Part shown: piece by piece, positions 59,448-64,000 of the stretch | Layout of the letters: every line of letters starts with the position of its first letter | Position numbering within the stretch: position 1 is the stretch's first letter | Assembly: GCA_907165135.1 (NCBI GenBank) | Contig: OU015568.1 | Span: 15,883,208-15,947,207, forward strand | From: Oikopleura dioica | Lineage: Eukaryota; Animalia; Chordata | Direction: 5' to 3' | DNA: 64,000 nt | The notes under the pieces: model-generated | Seen by the model: the letters and a program-made list of their open reading frames with translations, nothing else | What the model was told of the DNA's origin: nothing | The model's database searches: none | Program-made: the position numbers and the translations under genes

Positions 59448-61660
59448 TTACAAGACTTTCTCGATCACAATGTCGACAATCGGATCAGATTGTGCTTGTA
59501 TTCGTTCGCGCTCATTCTGCGCTTGTTTTTCAAGAGCTGCATCAAGCCCATCGACTTCTAGTTTTCTCGGTTTTCGCGGCTTATCTAGGTCTTCTACTGC
59601 ATCTGGGTCCATTCCTTTGTGAGTGTCCAGAAGGTCGATCAGATTCTAAAGTTGGCTTGAGTATAATTTACATTGCAAATATACTTTGATTTTAATAATA
59701 CAAGATACATATAGTTTTATAATACCAGATGAGATACCTGTACCACGGGCTCGAGGAACTTGATATTCGCGAATTGGCGGAATTCTCCTTCCGAAAAGAA
59801 CATCCTAGAAAATGAATTATGAATAAATTAATGAAACAGATCATCCGTCAGATGGGAGAGTCTCAGACTGGAATTCTCATCAAAAGTCTGGAAATTTTCA
59901 TTTAGCAGCAGATAAGCTAATAAATTATGTCTCGCCATTCCCAAAAAACTTACACAGACAGAATGGAGCTGTACAGAATCCAACTGAGGGCGGAGAATGC
60001 GACGATATTTCGGCAGTAGCACATGATCGGTAGAATTGGAATCGAGAGCATTAGATTGAGCGAAGCGGCGAGCAACTTTTCGGGGCTTTAGTAAAATTTT
60101 CGATCGATAATTAATACTAATGAGTCTCTAAAACCAAGTACCCAAAGCTTTTTGAATCAATAATTCTCACGCGTCATATTCGATAGAAAAAACTATGTTT
60201 CTCGGTGGGAGGTACATTTCCCTTTACATAATATATCATATATTATATATGAATGTGTTCTTCCATCGTAGGAATAACACCCTTTATGACTGTATTATCA
60301 TTATTTGGCGTCATAAATGATTAATTTATGAATTTTCCGTAACTCAAATTTTGAATTTCAAAAACACAAGATGAGCTGGAAAAACTAATTCGTCTGTCAA
60401 TTTCCTTTATAAAAGAGAAAATTTTGATTAAAAATTTTAAAGCCTTTCCTTGAATGCAAGAATTTCGATGTATTTGTGCGCCTTCGGGAGCTGACAGGTA
60501 TATCGGTACCAGACGTAGCGGATAAAAGGAATGACGTCCCAAATTGAGCAAAACAGTAGGAGCGCCATGTTGCCTAGTGCTGATAGCAAGACCAGAGTTA
60601 CAGAAACTTCGGATTTGAATAAACAAGTGCTTTGGCTATGATGACTGCCATCGTCTTCAGGGTCAATTCGGGTAATGATCCAGCCTTGGTTATCGTGTCT
60701 GTCGAAGTATAAAAGATAGAACACCAATCCTCCAAATGCTATAAAAAGGTCGTTACAACGACTGTAAATTTGATTCTCAGCGCGTACCTAAGAATAATGT
60801 GGACGCTACCATAGCTGAAACTGTACTAGCCATCGTAATGATGAAATATTTCAGTGGAGTCTGTCTCAAAGTCCTTGAATTTTCAATGATATGAATGATG
60901 TTTTCGGAAAAACGTACCTGAGGGTGAACATTTGACGGACAAATAGGAGCATATTCACGCCGAAAAATGTAAGAAGAGGATGGAGACATACAGTCAGATA
61001 CGTTAAAACTGGGCAAGGGATAATTTCTTTTGGTAGAAAATTGTCTTTAGCAAGGTTCTTTCATTATTCCTCGATTGCAGTCGTTTTACATTGAAATCAT
61101 GGAAGAGAACCTTTCCTAGAATAACTGTAAAAAGTTGAAATGTCGCGATAATAGCCGTCCCAATTATCGTGATGAACATCGTCACTTTCCTATTTGTAAC
61201 AAGATGAGCACCTTGCTTCGAAAGCGTTTGAATTTGCTTCACCTGAAGTACCTAAATTATTATACTGAAATCTGCTGGTTTAGCTAAATTCAACCCACCC
61301 TCGGAAGAAACAGGTAGCCAAATCTGATCGAAACGAGCACGATGAGGGAGGAGACGCATAGCAGTATCATGTACCACCATTCCATAAAAAGCCCTGGCAT
61401 CGCTCAGCCGTCCCGGTGGCGAAGCGGCCAGGTGAAAGCTTGAGGAGTCCGTCGTGAGGAGGCGTTGAAAACTTCGTGATAAATAAACTCTCAGTTGGGC
61501 TAGGACCCAAAATCACTTTTGGTGAGGACCTCGGTGGTGCTGGACAGAACCGGTGGCGCGAAATGATCGCCGTACGAGTGACTGGCGGAACAGTGATCAC
61601 CATTTCATTTAGAGCGCCGCCACCTAGGGGCTCGTCCTTGTCTCGCAGCGCGTTTACCAT
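59448..61660 (-). CDS. Uncharacterised multi-pass membrane protein (multi-exon)
   Basis: Several hydrophobic exons (VTMFITIIGTAIIATFQLFTVIL; YFIITMASTVSAMVASTLFLG; VSVTLVLLSALGNMALLLFCSIW) and a charged C-terminus ending IEKVL*. Confidence 0.55.
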
Positions 61661-62810
61661 TCTTTTTTTCGTCTATGATTCCGGATGTATCTTTGCGTAA
61701 ATCTTAGAACTAAGGAATTAATGGAAGACTTTTGGCGAGTTGAAACTTTTGGCTGTTAAAAGTAGAGCCGTGTTCGCGCTGTATTTTACTGAAAGCTTTT
61801 TACGGCTAACCTAACGACATTGATATACCAAAAGATGATGATGGTAAAGGTTCTTGAAAATATTGTTTTCTTAGAGTATTTCCTTCAATTTTGAAAATTT
61901 CCAAAAAAAGACTTGTATATATTTTCATCAAATGATACCCCATCTAGTGGAAGTTGGGACTCCAAATTCAGTCAACATAAAGACGTCAGCAAAGTTGAGA
62001 TTGCGTCAATGATCCCAGACAACTCAGGGTGTCGCTTTCTTTAATTCTTGAACTTGGAAGATTATAGCTTGGATTTCCGTGGCAAAGTCGGATTCGATGC
62101 CTTTTTGTCACTGGAAAATGTATACTTCCGACAGATTATCGATGAAAATGGCGAAAAATTCATTCTTGACACAGAAAGCCGGCCCTTATAGTTGAGTTTG
62201 GAATAATGGCAACTTTAATTTCATACTGCAAAATAAGAAAAATAAAGGCAAGTTCTCCATATAGTTTTTAAAACATCAAGACTTTGGAATCATATTCGAA
62301 AGCGATATATAAGTAATCAAAAAGTCGCGAAAAAGAACTAAGGGGAAGTGAAATTCCGTTCGATGTCTCAATTGACGTCAGTTCCGTATTAAAGTAGCAC
62401 TGACTTCATGCCGCTTTAGTAGACTGGCCAAGAAATTGATTGGTTTCTCTCAAAAAGTCGATATATTCGAAAACAGACAACTTATTTCAAATAAAATTTA
62501 TACATAGAAGAACGCTAATGTCCCAAAAGCTAATTATTATTCGGTCTACTAGGCTGGATTACGGAAATAGAGACGTTAAGAATAAATAAATTACCATCAA
62601 ATTTTACGTTTGGCAAAAGGACGAGCACTGAAGAAATCCCAGACAGTTTGTAGCAGGAAATTGTCGGGCAGAATCACGGCTAAAATGATCGGTTAACTGA
62701 TAGACATCGTGGAAATCGCATTATCATCCTCGCATCTTCTCTAGAATGAATGCTCTCTCAGGTGTTTGTTGCCGACCATACAGTCAGTTATAAATTTACA
62801 AGTGTGCGAA

Positions 62811-64000
62811 ATGGGCTTGGCAAGGAAGAAACCTGTGCGGAAAGAAGACGCAGAGCGTCCGAAATGCGTTTTTTGTTTCCAGCCAGGCCTTCTGTAAGTT
62901 CTTGCTATACTGAATTTTAACTCATCGTCAATAAGACCCTCAGAAATGCCGCTCGACGATGCGACTCGGGAAAAGCTAAATGACCTCTGTCGACGAAAGG
63001 AAAACGACGAGGTCGCAGCACTTGAGCTAAAAAGAAACAAGGTCTACAAGCGGCCGCGATACAACAAGCCAGACTTTGAAATAAACCACGGTCAATGGCT
63101 TGTCGATCAACATGCTACTCCCGAGGAGGACATTTCTTGTCATTACAATTGCCTCATCTCAGCTTCGGGCATTTATGTCAAGCCACAAGATGAAGGAGGA
63201 CTTCCACCGAAGCAGTATAAAAAACATACAATTGGAGGTACCGGTTATCTTCGAGCTGACATCATCGAGGAAATCAAACGAGCGAAAAAACTGAAGTGCT
63301 GCATTTGTAAACGATCTGGAGCTAGCATCGGCTGCATGGAAAAGTGCAACAAAAGTGTAAGTTTCCCTTCTTTCGGAAGTCTTATCTGAGGTCATTTTCA
63401 GTTCCACTATCCTTGCGCCAAGCGGGCGGGCTTCACACTCGTGGCTGACAACAACATGTGCCCCGCTTTCTGCTGGAAGCATGCGACCAGACGCTATCGT
63501 TACAACTTGCGTGGCTGCTCTGGACAACCAAAGTACTGTCTAGACGTTTCTTTTAACTTTAAAGGTGAGATTTTTCCACCGTCCCGTCGGTGAATACGTT
63601 TTTTCCATAGGAAACGGTGTTGGACTCGCAGATGCCAACGATCAAAAATATGAAGTCACCAAGGATGATATAACAAAAATGCGCAAGGCGTCGGATTATG
63701 ATTATATGAAGATGGTGGAAACGTTTTTAGAACGCAAAGCAACTCTCACAGAGGAACGACTGATGACGATTGACGATCAAATTCAGTTTATGATCCGCAA
63801 CGAATTCAACCAAGACCAAGCTTTCTTTCAATGTCAATGCTGTCTTGAGTTTTTTGATGATCTGAAAGACATCGTCGTGTCCAAATGCTGCAAGTTCGCA
63901 AACTTCCATCGAGAATGCCTTTCAAAACTCGCTGTTCAAAAAGGACTGTGCAAGATCAAGTGCCCTCTCTGCTTCGGTAAAATTGACAATACAACTAACG
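62811..64000 (+). CDS. PHF7/G2E3-like extended-PHD plus RING protein; runs off the window
   Basis: CVFC...CHYNCLISASG, EIKRAKKLKCCICKRSGASIGC...FHYPC...FCWKH, then CQCC...SKCC...FHRECL...KCPLC. Confidence 0.8.

Noticed and set aside
61700-62740. Intergenic kilobase between divergent genes, searched for RNA genes or TEs
   Set aside because: No TIR/TSD, pol III boxes or convincing ORF was found; probably a bidirectional promoter or UTR region.

Overview
Gene-dense, AT-rich eukaryotic DNA. It has many very short introns (about 40-70 nt), GA-AG introns, TTTCAG acceptors just upstream of start codons, operon-like runs of same-strand genes and many MITEs. These traits fit a larvacean tunicate such as Oikopleura dioica; the species is an inference. 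Recognisable genes: PRDX6, PAIP1-like, ACOT13-like, tRNA-Gly(GCC), a PLAT-lipoxygenase, an aquaglyceroporin, three tandem RING-H2 ligases, an SLC43 transporter, synaptotagmin-1-like, a pancreatic-lipase-family enzyme, a KDM6 demethylase and a PHF7/G2E3-like gene. Two loci stand out. (1) 37.6-42.0 kb encodes one secreted protein with a CBM2-like module, an intact GH9 cellulase, a CBM4/22-like module and a complete EXLX-type expansin, i.e. an animal cellulase-expansin fusion. (2) 16-22.3 kb holds four intronless paralogues in two head-to-head pairs. Each encodes signal peptide, acidic helical pro-region, furin-type RxxR site and a variable 34-38 aa hydrophobic peptide. The array is bracketed by two catalytically dead PLA2-fold genes, with a dead trypsin-like gene beyond the left one. 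Also notable are hAT-type MITEs inserted in coding exons, nested TTAA transposons and short telomeric tracts in introns. Exon boundaries and alignments were read by eye; no database searches were run.
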